Origin: Paraspadella gotoi
Lineage: Eukaryota; Animalia; Chaetognatha
Reading direction: 5' to 3'
DNA length: 64,000 nucleotides
NCBI GenBank assembly: GCA_051294375.1
Contig: CM119266.1
Coordinates: 3,166,030 to 3,230,029 of the forward strand
Shown: one piece after another, positions 24,048 to 36,262 of the stretch
Numbering within the stretch: the stretch's first letter is position 1
Layout of the letters: the number at the start of each line of letters is the position of its first letter
Notes under the pieces: model-generated
The model's database searches: none
What the model was told of the DNA's origin: nothing
What the model saw: only the letters and a program-made list of their open reading frames with translations
Made by a program: the position numbers and the translations under genes

Positions 24048-24346
24048 ATGTCGAAAGGAACAACTCCCTCTCTCGACCTCTCCGTCTCCATATTTCGATG
24101 CGTTGCTCTTTTGTTTGAGATCGTCGGAATCCTCATCGTCGCTTCCTCTTCATCTTCTTTTTCTAATTCCTCTTCTCCTTCTTCTTCTTCTCTATCGTCT
24201 TCTTCCTCAACGAGCGATTGCACTTGTCGCCGCGAGATGGGTCTGTCCGACAATTCTTCCGTTCTTCGCATCGCAGTCACGCCCTTCGACCCTTTCGTCA
24301 TCGTCGCCGACGTCAACGCCTCTGACGGCAAAACGGGGAACTCCAG
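24048..24346 (+). CDS. Ionotropic glutamate receptor exon 1 (signal peptide, Ser-rich linker, start of S1)
   Basis: gccgccATG context; hydrophobic IFRCVALLFEIVGILIVA; VLRIAVTPFDPFVI matches the first S1 strand; ag|gtttg donor in phase 2 matches the next exon. Confidence 0.8.
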
Positions 24347-25209
24347 GTTTGTTTTTTTTTGGACGGTGGGCGCGTTCGGGCCGGACGGTGCGGGTGGTGC
24401 CGGAAATTACGGCGGATTGTGGTCCTTATGGTTTGATAAGTAAGAGGTTCTTTGATCATAGTTGTTTTTGCTACAAATTTTCTATAATTTTCTTTTTCCT
24501 TCTCTTTGTTCCTTCCTTCCTTTCTTCTTTTCTTCTTTCTTTCTTCATATTTTCCTTCTTTTCATTTCTTTTTTACTTTTTGTTTCCTTCCTTCATTCTT
24601 TCCTTCCTTCCCTCCTTTTTTCCTCATTTTTCTTTTCCTTCACTTTCGTTCAATGATGAAGGTCATTATGCTTTAAGTTAAACCTAGACTTTCGCGCTGA
24701 TGAATACCGCCGCCGCCGACGACGACGACAACAACGACGACAAAGACGAGGACGAAGACAACGAAGATATTATCGATTTCTCATCTCAGAACGAAATCTC
24801 CATTTCTCCCTCGTCGAGTTGGTTGACTTATTCGGCGGAATATTTGCCAATTAAATAAATTATTCATCTACATAAAAATTGAATTCTCGTTCACGATATT
24901 ATATTCTTTCCATTATGAAAGGTTAAATATACACTGCGTAAAAACAGTAGCCTTGTTGTTCGCTTTAAATACATGTTCATAACCCAAATCCTGAACTATA
25001 ATAACTAACCATAATTCGTAACCTGAAACTAACCTAAGCTGACGTGGGGCGCTTTCGAAAAATATGGCCAAACAGTTGTAATATTTCATAGTTCTTTTCC
25101 GCCAACTCTATTATTGTTTCCGCCATTCGGTTTAATCATTCAAATAGATTCCATATTCCATCCGAAGAATCAATGAATCATCTTCTCGCGAGAAGAGATT
25201 GTCATCATT

Positions 25210-25342
25210 TTCATTATCTTTAGCTTATATTAATATTATCGTTATTATCTTTAGCTTATATTATTATTATCGTTATTATCTTTAGCTTATATTATTATTA
25301 TCGTTATTATCTTTAGCTTATATTAATATTATCGTTATTATC
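25210..25342. repeat. Tandem repeat of about 31 bp, about 4 copies
   Basis: attatctttagcttatattattattatcgtt repeated. Confidence 0.85.
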
Positions 25343-25635
25343 TCTATCCTCTTCGTCGTCCGTTCATCTTCGCTGCAGATTTTCGTTTCGCCGACGCCAA
25401 ATATCTTTTGACTTTTGTTTCTTTCTCTTTTCTTTTCATAATTTATTCGCGACTTCTCTCGTGTTTAACACCATACTTCAGTAAAACAAAAGGGCAATGT
25501 TGAAACAGTTGTTTTTAATAGTAATTGAATAAAAGCAAAGATACGGTAGATGGCGATATTGTCTTTTTTTGACTCGTTATTTAAAACTAGAACTTTTCCC
25601 AATATTTTCCGAATATCAGGACAAAGAAATTCGTT

Positions 25636-26318
25636 ATGTTAATTTCTACGATGACAATATTTTTAAATTTCTTGGATATTTTAAGGGACATCAACACCGG
25701 TACTAATCACATGAAAACCGATTACTTTCACATTCGCTACATCTTTCTGGGCTTCGTATCCATTCCCGTTTTTCATGGACTCTCGTCCGGATGCAACGGA
25801 CTCCCGATGGTTCGGACGAAACCACCTTATTTCGAGCGACTGACCTCGAATCCATGGGCAAAGATTGGGGTCTTGTTTCTTTTCTGGTCTGGGAATCTTT
25901 CCCTTTTCGATACATTTACAATTAGATTTACGTTCGGACAAACAAGATTCTCCACAAACCAGATTCTCCACAAACCAGATTCTCCACAAACCAGATTCTC
26001 CACAAACCAGATTCTCCACAAACCAGATTCTCCACAAACCAGATTCTCCACAAACTGCCGACAAAGAAGTCTTCAAGGACAATCTGCTGTTTAAACTGTC
26101 CTTGATCAACTCACTTGTGGAGACTTTTCCGCAATTTGTTCTTGCAATCCTTCGCCATGAGCTTCAATCTGGTCACACCAGCGTCTAAATTTTGCAATGG
26201 CAATCACGACAGATACTCGATGCACGAGGTGACGGAAGAAAACGTCCTGAACGATACGAGCCCTGTAAATGCAAACCATTTTCGGGACTTGGTCTTTTAT
26301 TTGCTCGTGGCCCAGTGA
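25636..26318 (+). pseudogene. XK-related pseudogene inside iGluR intron 1
   Basis: FLNFLDILRDINT...FHGLSS aligns with Xkr exon 1; FKDNLLFKLSLINSLVETFPQF/FLQS aligns with LKNNLLICLNFMDAFLESVPQFFVQS; two frameshifts (repeat array and about 26138). Confidence 0.7.
25945..26056. repeat. 16-bp minisatellite x7 (AGATTCTCCACAAACC)
   Basis: Direct reading; near-perfect copies. Confidence 0.95.
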
Positions 26319-26740
26319 CGATTACATGATTGTCCGTTCTCAGTTTGGCGCACACCGCCGCCAATTATAGGGAACATTTGGAGGCGGACTGACCGACGGC
26401 AGGGTGTACGGACAGTACGGACACTAGACGACTCATCATCGACGTTGTTCACGGTTGCGTCGGTATCACAACATCTTTATATTACATATTATTAAATATT
26501 AATATACAGCATTAAGATATATCGAGTTATTTCAGTATTTTCTCCGCACGAAATACGTCAATTAATTGTTTTGGTAACGATATCGAGTTTAGTAGAAACC
26601 CCAAGGACACGTTGACGATTCACGAACGAAAATCCACCTCGAAAATTCTTTGTAATGAAAGAAATGTAATCTGGTAGAAAAGTTTTACTTACCAATTCCT
26701 GGTAAGTTGCGCCTCACTCGATCCTATCTTCTTCTTTCAG

Positions 26741-26868
26741 ATTCACTGGATTCAGCGTCGATTTGTGGAAGACGATAGCAGAAAAACTTCTCTTGGGTCC
26801 CGAAGATTATCAGTTTTATCTCGTGCCGGACGGGAAATTTGGATCAGTGGAAAATGGATCGTGGAACG
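26741..26868 (+). CDS. iGluR exon 2 (S1)
   Basis: FTGFSVDLWKTIAEKL...YLVPDGKFGSVENGSWNG; ttcag| acceptor, |gtaag donor. Confidence 0.95.
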
Positions 26869-27410
26869 GTAAGCTTAGAAGACTTGCGTCACAGAGATTG
26901 GGTCGTGAATTTATTTCATGTAGCGCTAGGATTTGGGCTGTGAATTGGTGACATTTGGCGAGGCAACGGGCAATAAAATATCAGGTCTGTATTAATTATT
27001 TATGGCAGACACATTTTTTTCAGAATTTGTTTATCTTTGAACTACAAGAGCAGAATTACTATTTTAGTAATTTTGCCATTATTACGTGGAGGAACGAATT
27101 TTTAGGGCAGTTCATATTTCAAACAGGTCTTTTTTTTTTACAAAAAATTCTGGATATTTAATTCTTATCGATTATAGTATATCGGCTCAAATGAGATTCA
27201 TTTCATTGCGTCCTTTCACTCCTTCATGGTCAAAGGATTTCCCCGTCGCTTCTCAGAGGGAGAGGAGCGGAAAGAGAGAGTTGGAGCTTCGAGGAAGTGG
27301 AGCGAGGGAAGGGAAGTGGGTCGAGATCTTCTTCTTCCTTTTCTTCTCATTCACTTTTCTTTAGGTTATTCTTTTTGGCCGACATTTTTTTTTCTATTTT
27401 CGCTCTCCAT

Positions 27411-27540
27411 TTTTCTTTTCTTTTCTTTTCTTTTCTTTTCTTTTCTTTTCTTTTCTTTTCTTTTCTTTTCTTTTCTTTTTCTTTTCTTTTCTTTTCTTTT
27501 CTTTTCTTTTCTTTTCTTTTCGTTTCTTTTCCTTTCCTTT
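27411..27540. repeat. (TTTTC)n microsatellite
   Basis: Direct reading. Confidence 0.9.
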
Positions 27541-28306
27541 CCCGCCAATTTACTTTTGATTTACATTAGATGAAAAATCTCATCTACTTTTCTAGTATAA
27601 TAATAAAAGGTGTGATATATATGTAAATATTCATTCATTATCCTAACATCGAAAATCTCTCGATAAATTTAACCTTGAAGGTGTCCGATTCAAAGACGAT
27701 ATTCATTCGTCCATTTTGTCCATTTCGTTGATCTTTTGTCCATTTCGTTGATCTTTTGTCCATTTCCTTTCTAATTCTGAGAAGGGCGGAACCTCGTTGG
27801 ATGAAAGGATCTCTTCAAACTTTGGCCTTTTTTGATAATTTCACTTTTTCTGATCCTTTTCACGTTTGTAATGTGGGAGTGAGAACCGCAGCAAGGTCGT
27901 GGACTTTCACGGACTTTCACGGGCGAAAATAGACGTAATTAATATTAAGAATAGTTATATAATATATAAAATTAAATATCGTATGATAATGAAAACCCAG
28001 GGCTGAAAGTAAGGTACGACCTACCAAGCAAAAGGTTAAGCTTTATATACTAAAATTTTACTATCTTAATTTAATATTCACTTAAATATAATTAAATATT
28101 TATAGAACTGTAAAATGTAATTTATCATAATACAGCCACCATTCAATTTTCATTAATTCATATTATTATATTAATTAAATTAAGGATAAAAATCGTGTTT
28201 TAGCCTTATCATTCGTGCCATAAAACATAAAATATTCACTCACACCCAGGGTGATTCACTTCCTTCACATTTTTACCACTTCTCTCTCTTCTCCCTTTTC
28301 ACCCAG

Positions 28307-28409
28307 GGGCGGTGAGAGAGATCCTGGATGGGCGTGCCCACATGGGATTAGGGCCGCTAACGATCACGAACGGGCGAAAAGACGTCATCTCCTTCACGGA
28401 TCCTTTCAT
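28307..28409 (+). CDS. iGluR exon 3 (S1, ligand-binding Arg)
   Basis: AVREILDGRAHMGLGPLTITNGRKDVISFTDPFM; cccag| acceptor, |gtgagt donor. Confidence 0.95.
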
Positions 28410-28820
28410 GTGAGTCGGTAGTGAAAGGATGGGTGAGCGTGAGGTGTGGTGAGGTGTGTTTATCTGGTAAGGTCTTCGACGATAGATGGCGCATTTCCGG
28501 TTGAGGTGAGGCGGGGAAATTGAGAGCAAGTTTGAGCTGCGGCGAAAATCAATATCGTCGATGGAAAACGACGATGAAGACGAAAACGATAACAGAAACG
28601 ACTTTGATTTCAATTAACTTGTTTTACTATTCTCTCTTTACGTTAATCTATGACCTCTCTATCTATCTCTATCCTTAGCCAACCCACTCATCTAATTTCA
28701 CCCTGTCGCGCCAGTGTTTATTTAAGATGACCATTAATGTCACCTTTAAATAATATAGCATTTATGAGTTATTTTTAAAAATGTCCATTGTTTAATCCTT
28801 TCATTCGTTGTGTTTTAGAG

Positions 28821-29017
28821 ATTACAAAGAATTTAGTATATTTGTGAACAACGATTTTTATTTTTAATAAGCAGACATCGATATGTTTCGACTCTAACAA
28901 TTTCGAGTCTTCATCAGCGCTGTCTCAAGTGCTGATGAAGAAATTGTTAGAGTCGAAATATGTCTGCTTATTATAAATAAAAATCGTTGTTCACAAATAT
29001 ACTAAATTGTTTGTAAT
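28821..29017. mobile_element. Inverted pair of Penelope-like pLTR fragments
   Basis: Arms of about 95 bp (28821-28920 and 28929-29017) in inverted orientation, each with a hammerhead core followed by an AT-rich tail. Confidence 0.65.
28869..28921 (-). ncRNA. Type I minimal hammerhead ribozyme
   Basis: Minus strand: agcg CUGAUGA a gacuc(gaaauuguua)gaguc GAAA cau(aucg)aug UC ugcu; stems I-III and the GUC cleavage triplet are all present. Confidence 0.8.
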
Positions 29018-29226
29018 TTAACGAAATAAAACAAAATTATCTGTTTAGTTTATGTTTATGTTTAGTTTAGTCCGTTGCCACCTAAAAATAGGCCACATAT
29101 TGAACCTGAAAATAAACCAATGACACTTTGAATAATTTACTACTATATGCAAATAAGATTGATGAACTGAATCTCATTTGGGAATATACTAAGAAAACCA
29201 TTTGTTAAACTCCCTTCCCTCCGCAG

Positions 29227-29379
29227 GGAAACTGGCGTCGGTGGAATGGTGAAACTCGTCTCAGAGCCGCAGCCTTTCTTCCAATTCCTTCAGCCTTTTT
29301 CCTCGGAGCTTTGGGTTTGCATCTTCGCTGCGCTTGTAGGGACGAGCGTCTCGCTATTCTGTCTTGACTTGCTGCAAAG
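29227..29379 (+). CDS. iGluR exon 4 (pre-M1 and M1)
   Basis: ETGVGGMVK...FFQFLQPFSSELWVCIFAALVGTSVSLFCL; canonical splice sites, in phase. Confidence 0.95.
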
Positions 29380-29397
29380 GTAGGGAGTCTCTCTTCT

Positions 29398-29464
<67 letters not shown>

Positions 29465-29782
29465 AAAATACTATCCTAAAGCTCGCACTTTAGTTTTTCA
29501 ATATCAATATCTTCTTTCTCTTTGTCTATTGTCTTCTTTCCTTCTTTCTATCCTTCCAATCTTTTTAGGATCTCTCTATTCTTATTCTCTCCCTCTCTCT
29601 CTATTTCTGTCAAATCGTATGTATCGCTTTCATTTTTCTCTCGCTCTCCGTCCCACTTTTTTCTCTCCCTCTCTATCCCCTTTATTTCTTCTCCCTTCTC
29701 AATGTCTCGCTCTCTATCCTCTCATTTTCTTTCTCTCTCTCCCTCGCTTCTTCTCCGCTTCCCTGTCTCCCTTCCATCGCAG

Positions 29783-29934
29783 GTACTTGGAGCAAAAACT
29801 CGACTTCGATCTGAGCGAAGAGGAAACAGAGAATCACCATCAGTCCTTCTTCGCTGATTTGCCGCAAACACTTTGGTTTGCGGCAGGATCCATACTGCAG
29901 CAAGGGACAGAGGTTATTCCCAGCACCGCCGCAG
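29783..29934 (+). CDS. iGluR exon 5 (M2 pore loop)
   Basis: TLWFAAGSILQQGTEVIPSTAA; Q at the Q/R-equivalent site. Confidence 0.95.
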
Positions 29935-30138
29935 GTTATGTCGACGCAACAATCTCATTTGCATATTTCAGCATCGTGTATTAAATGTTTTGTGTTATTT
30001 TAAAGTGAGACAATTCGAAGTCAAACGTTCTTCTCTCTTGAAAATGCCTCATTTGCCCTTTTTTTTTTGCGCTCTCCCTCTCTATCTCTCCCTCTCCCTC
30101 TCTATCCTCTAACTCTTTATCTGAATTCCTCTCTGCAG

Positions 30139-30258
30139 CTCGTTTCCTCTCGGCCGCTTGGTGGTTCTTTTGTCTAATCATCGTCTCCTCGTACACAGCG
30201 AACCTAGCGGCATTTCTCACCGTCTCCAAACTTTCGGCGCCGATCTCTAATCTGATGA
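30139..30258 (+). CDS. iGluR exon 6 (M3)
   Basis: [28 protein letters not shown] with the canonical SYTANLAAF gate. Confidence 0.97.
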
Positions 30259-30608
30259 GTAAGAAATAAAGGAGCATCCGAGACATAAAAAAATGTAAAA
30301 AAAAGTATAAAAAACCAATTTAGAACAGATATTATTTAAAAAAAGGGAAATACCAAGAGATATCAATATTATGTAGTTTTCAAACATATATCTTCATTTT
30401 ATTTATAATTTAGCATAGATGATTCTGTGTAAGGTCTTGTAAGGTCTTATGTCACAGCGTGATGAATGTAAAAGAGAACATTTATGGTTGAGATTTCGAT
30501 TAAATGATAAAGAAATTATTTCTTTGAGAATAATATTTTTTTCCATTAAATATACGTAGTCGGGCATTGTCTAAGTTCATCTCACCTCCACCTTTCCATC
30601 CCTCTCAG

Positions 30609-30718
30609 CCCTTTTCCAACAGGACCCCAACGGCGCTGACTTCATCGCCTACGGTTGTCAAGAATCTACGTCCACCTGCGATTTTTTCTCCGAGTCGGAG
30701 ATCGAGACTTTCAAGCAG
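30609..30718 (+). CDS. iGluR exon 7 (start of S2)
   Basis: TLFQQDPNGADFIAYGCQESTSTCDFFSESEIETFKQ; phase 1 to phase 0. Confidence 0.88.
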
Positions 30719-30822
30719 GTGGGCGTGGCAACGGATGACCTCAAAGTAGGCGTGGGAGATGAAGCGACAAATAAAAAAAAAACAAAAGACAATCGGAGAT
30801 AAAAATCGATGCGATTTACTAA

Positions 30823-31250
30823 GAAAACAAATTTGAGCAAATAATGTCGGATCTGCCAACGATCATTAGCTTAATCACTCAATTTCCACCCACATAAAAA
30901 AATTCAAGTCAATTGCCCATCCACTCATGAGTAATTGGCGTTCAAATAGTGAAATTGATTTTTTTTTCATTTAAACTCATTTCCACTGGCATGATTCCTC
31001 GAGACTTCTTATCCAGCTCAATCACACACTTCCCTACCCACACACAAAATTTCATTCACCAATCCATCCATTCAATCACGAGTAAATGGAGTTTTTTGCT
31101 AAAAGCGGAGGACGACGAAGACGGACGGACGGACATAATTTTTTTGCATAATTTATCATGATTCGATGTTCTGACATGATACAAGTGAATCCTCGACAAG
31201 ATTTAGGGGGCGGACCGTCAAAGTGGATTATAGAGTCGGGATCTGCTGCA
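30823..31250 (-). mobile_element. DINE-1/HINE-like element
   Basis: Both terminal motifs and the core of the 33703-34362 family, in reverse orientation. Confidence 0.7.
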
Positions 31251-31649
31251 ATAAAATAAAGAAACTGGTCAAAAGTGTCCCATTATCCTCGNNNNNNNNN
31301 NAGTGTCCCATTATCCTCAGTTAAAAGCCACGCCCACATAGAAAACGTCAACAACTCCAACCCATTGAACTCTCTGTGCTGTTTAGTACCGATAAAATCT
31401 AAGTCGTGTTTTGCTGTATGATTTTTTAACATTTTAAATTTTCATAAGTTGAATTCATGGTATAAATTCTGATTAGGAAACCGAAGGTCTCACATCTTCT
31501 GAAGGTTTACAAAAAAAAACTTATTACAATATCCGATTCCTTTGCTTTCGTTTGAACCGAAGCTCCACAGACGAAGCGTCACAGAATTTCGCTTCAAAAC
31601 GATCCCCTTGTAATTTCGCTTCAAAACGATCCCCTTGTAAATATTTCAG

Positions 31650-31814
31650 TCTTGGAAGACGATGTTGGTTCAAGACACTTTCTTCACAACGATTGACGAG
31701 GGGCTGGCGAAAGTCGACAGGGGAAGCTTCGCCATCATCATGGACAGAATCAATCTGGAGTACTACAGCAGCAAGAACTGTAGTTATACCCTCCTGGGGG
31801 AAGCCCTGACGCAG
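31650..31814 (+). CDS. iGluR exon 8 (S2)
   Basis: SWKTMLVQDTFFTTIDEGLAKVDRGSFAIIMDRINLEYYSSKNCSYTLLGEALTQ; phase 0 to phase 0. Confidence 0.93.
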
Positions 31815-31857
31815 GTTTTATTGGAGAGGGAAAAGGGAGAGAGAGAGAGAGAGGAGG

Positions 31858-31905
<48 letters not shown>

Positions 31906-31995
31906 GAGAACAGAAACAGCAATTACAAAAAATGGCTCAGGATCACTGATCAGTGATCACTGATCTCTCTTTGTCTCCTCTCTCTCTCTCTCTCT

Positions 31996-32069
<74 letters not shown>

Positions 32070-32131
32070 TTTCATCACGTATTATTCCAGAACTCACTCT
32101 ATCCACTCCCTGTTTATTTTCCCCTCCACAG

Positions 32132-32244
32132 GATTTATTTGCGTTTCCGATTTCCTACGAGAACGAGGTTCTGCGTGTGAACATCTCACGTGAGATTCTC
32201 AACATGACCAAATATGGGCAGATCAAAGCTTTAAAGCGTCGATG
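32132..32244 (+). CDS. iGluR exon 9 (end of S2)
   Basis: DLFAFPISYENEVLRVNISREILNMTKYGQIKALKRRW; cacag| acceptor, |gtaaat donor. Confidence 0.92.
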
Positions 32245-33702
32245 GTAAATATTTGTGACTCTCGTTTTGTACGTGAGGGTTTCACGAGGTTATTCGGCCG
32301 TGAGGGGGGGGGTGATTTGAGCTTAGAAGCCTTGGATTATGCGACGCATATATACGCACATATAATATGCGTGGATATGTTGATTATTATAATGAAAGAG
32401 ATTTTGGAATATATTTAAATAAACAAAGAACAAACTTTTGGACTGTACAACCAAGTCTAGTAGTTTTTTGATTCGTTTACCAGATTTGTTTACTTTTTTG
32501 TGGATAACATTCGAATGTTATTGGTTCAGAATTTTAAAAGGCAGGAACCGATCTTGGGGCCTTTTAAAAAAGCCTAAGAGGGCCGACCGTTGCTAAGCGA
32601 AGGATCGTGGTCGCTTTCGATCCCTGAGATAGATTTTCTGAGCGTCAAATCGAAAATACGAATTCTCGCGAAAAACTTTAGTTTTTCTTCCGATTTGAAA
32701 AAAAAAGTCGAAATTCAAATTTTTTTATTCTTTTTTTGTCTCTTTTTTTCTTGTTTGTTTATTTGATACTTGGGGTTTTTTTTTTAACGCCGATCAAAGA
32801 GAGAGACAGAGAGAGAGACAGACAGACAGACAGAGAGACAGACCGAAAAAACGGATGAATCCAAATAATCCCGATCGGTTTCCGTTAGATCAACATTTTC
32901 CAATCAGCAACACACGGATTTAGCAGAACGTCGACGCTTCAGCTCCCGGATATTTTAGATTTTTCTAAGACTTTTTTCGCATGAAACAGTACCGCACTTA
33001 CACTGCTTCTGCCTCCTATCACACCGAAGTGCCGCAACTTTATCACAGTATCACAGTCGTTAGAACTCCGTAGTNNNNNNNNNNNNNNNNNNNNNNNNNN
33101 NNNNNNNNNNNNNNNNNNNNNNNNNNNNNNNNNNNNNNNNNNNNNNNNNNNNNNNNNNNNNNNNNNNNNNNNNNNNNNNNNTTCTCTACTTACTCTTTTT
33201 CGTTACGAGCCGATCGGCGAGCGATTAAGCCGATCGGCAGGTGATCAAATCCGGGTTTTTACGACCGATAAAAATCACAATCTCTCCTTTTCCTTTTGAT
33301 TTTTTTTCGGTCAGAAGAAAAACAAAGTTGATCGCTGGAAACTGAAGAGAGATGGTTTGTAGCAATGATCATTGAGAGAGAGTGAGGAGTGATAATAGGA
33401 GTGAGGTGTGATAATAATGTGGTCGTTGGAATGATGGGGAATGATACAGAAGTGGGTGCAGAAAGAGGAGTGGTAAGTAGAGTGTTAAAGAGTGATAGAG
33501 AAAAAATGATGGAGAAAGCGTCGATGAGAAAGAATCGTTAAGAGGGAAAGGAGAAGCAAGTGGTAAGTCGGGAAAAGGCTAAGTAAAGTAAAGTAAGGTA
33601 ATGTAAAGCTTGAGGTAAGTTTTCGCGTTTACCAAAGTGTAATGAGGGTGAATCATTAGTGAAACGACACTAGAATTTATGTTTTATGACGTTATTATAC
33701 AA

Positions 33703-34362
33703 TTTTTAATCGGATCTGCTTATAAGCAGATCCCGACTCTATAATTCACTTTGTCGGTCCGTAGGTCCGCCCCCCCCCCAATCTTGTCGGGTACTTACTT
33801 TAATTATGTCAGAAAATTTAATTATGAAAAAATATGCAAAAAAAATTATGTCGTCCGTCCATCTTTCTGGCTGTCCGTCCGTCCATCCGTCCGTCCATCC
33901 ATTCGTCTGTCCGTCCGTCGAACCTTAGCAAAAATCTCCACTTACTCGTGATTGGATGGTTGGATTTGAATTTAATTTTGTGTGTAGTTAGGAAAGTGTG
34001 TGATTGAGCTGGATATAAAGTTTCGATGGAATCGAGGAGTGGAAATGAATTTGCATGAAAGTCAAGTTGACTTGAATTTTTATAATTTATGCCTACTCGT
34101 AAAAGATTTAATTAATTCATTAATTAATTGATTAAAAGGAAAAATGATGCAATTTGTAAAAATGATGCGTTTGTACAGTTCCGTTTAATCCCTTGCATAC
34201 AATTTACATGTAATGGCGCAGCCATTGGTTTGGTATGGTACGATCTGTTCTGATCAGTAAGGATCACAAATTGAAAGAATTATCGTGATTTATCATCTGA
34301 TTAGCTGATTACCGCTTTATTATCGTAGGCAGATCCGACAATTTTTGTTCAAACTTGTTTTT
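33703..34362 (+). mobile_element. Full-length DINE-1/HINE-like (Helentron-associated) element
   Basis: T-run at both ends, 5' hairpin ggatctgct-tata-agcagatcc, (GTCC/GTCT)n microsatellite, 3' subterminal inverted repeat gcagatccga followed by a short stem-loop. Confidence 0.7.
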
Positions 34363-34471
34363 TCAAAGTTTCAATTGAGAATTTTCGCCCTCAACCTTTT
34401 TTCTATTTCTATCACATTTATTCAGTATTTTTCCTTAACCGTTCTCNNNNNNNNNNNNNNNNNNNNNNNNN

Positions 34472-36205
34472 ACAGAGAGAGATATGAATGAATGCTTGGG
34501 TTGAAAGAGAGAGAGAGAAAGAGAGAGAGAGAGACAGACAGACAAAATCCAAGATAGACAGATCGAACAGTGGAGATGTCAAAGCTATTTGTGTCTCGGG
34601 GAACGCGAATTTAATATCCGAGGAAAAAAGAAAAGAAAAGAAGAGAAAAAGGAATAAAAGGAAAAAGGAAAAAGGAAAAAACTTTCTCTTCACGAATTCA
34701 CAAAATCAGAATCCAGTGTGAGAAATCACAGATTTCAATCTCACAGGGAAAAAAACTACCATGACACTAGAAAGTTTGGTGTCGTTGGATCACCTGTTCT
34801 AAAATTAATCAGAATTGTATGGTACCCTTTATGACATTACCTCAAATAGTGTGACATCTGAGAGAGAGAGAGAGAGAGAGAGAGAAGAGAGAGAAGAGAG
34901 AGAGAGAGACGAGAGAGAGAGAGAGAGAGAGAGATGAGAAAGAGATGGTCTAGAACGATTAGCATGTGAACAAAAATTTTTTTCTTCAAATTAAGAAACA
35001 TAGAATATCTACTAACATGGACAGGAACAGCAACAAAGGACAAGATGCCGCTGAAGTGGAAAGCGAAGAAGTCTAGACGAAAACCTTTGATGTTAAAATT
35101 CAATCTACGCCAGTTGCAGAACCAATAATCTATGTAAAATAAAACACACACTAATAGGAATAGAATTTAAATTCATATTAAGTATTCATTAAAATCGTTG
35201 TGAAATCTCAGGAGCAATGAAATCAAATAGAACCGGATTAAATCAGAATTGATGAGGGAACCGAGAAATTATTAATATCCGATATAATCAGAGATTCAGA
35301 GATAAAAGCAAAACAACTTGACCCAAGTTGGTACCATCACCCTTTCTAAGTCCGATAAAATTTGCGTTTCCTTAACAATTAAAGCTAAACTGATTTACTC
35401 TTATAGACGGCCAGTCAATTCAGGTTAGCAATTAAGTCAATTCGTTATACGAACACTTTATATAACAGTCACAATTTTAATTATTAAATATCTATTCTTT
35501 TCTTGTAAAATCTTTAGAACTCCTTGCACGCACTTCCACTTCAACACTTCCTCTCACTGATCTCTCTTCTCCCCTCTCAATTCTTCCTCCCTTTTCTCTT
35601 CTTCCTCTTCTCTTCTCAATTCCGCCCTCCTCCTCCTCCTCATCCCCTTCATCCTCCTTCCCACCCTCCGACCCTCCTCTCTTCCCCCTTCTTCTTCCTC
35701 CTCTCCTCCTCCCCGATCAATTCCTCCCTCCTTATCTCCTCCACCTCTCATTCCTGCTCCTTCCCAGCCCCTCCGAGCGACGCTTCCTCTCTTATCCCCT
35801 CCTCTTCTCCTCTCCTTCTTCTTCTCTCACCAAAACCTCAACAAACGTAAGGATGAAACGAAGAGGAAGATGAAGCTACCGAGGACGATGAAGACCGGAG
35901 AAATTCTCCATCGTCATGACGACGCGTTTCGTTTTCGAGAATTTGAGTCGCACTTATTTCGTGACCCTGCGTGTGTCGGGTGGTGGGGTGTGGTCGGGGA
36001 CGAGAGGGAGGAGGTGGTTTGTGCTGGGGATTGGGTGGTCGGTTTGTGGGTGAGGTGGTTTGTGTGGGAGTGGGTGGTCGGGTAGTGGGTTGTGGGGGGG
36101 ACGAGAGGGGCGAGGTGGTTTGTGTGGGAATGGGTGTTGGGTTGTGGGGTGTGGTGGGGGACGAGAGGGGGGAGGTGGTTTGTGTGGGGAATGTGTGGGT
36201 TATTG
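34472..36205 (-). repeat. Inverted duplicate of about 36230-37615, including the iGluR M4 exon; probable assembly or long-read artefact
   Basis: Mirror match along the whole length with scattered indels; starts right after a 25-N gap; absent from the second copy of the locus (junction at about 43290). Confidence 0.85.
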
Positions 36206-36262
36206 GATGAGCATTATAGCTCCCTCTCGTCCCCCACCACACCCCACAACCCGACCACGCAG

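Noticed and set aside
23734-24681. 315-aa ORF as a gene
   Set aside because: Low-complexity alternative frame overlapping iGluR exon 1 and CT repeats
25945-26056. CRISPR-like array
   Set aside because: Head-to-tail repeats with no spacers, in a eukaryotic context
30719-30745. Extension of iGluR exon 7 (AWQRMTSK)
   Set aside because: Out of frame; the equivalent W..M motif is supplied in phase by exon 8 (SWKTM)
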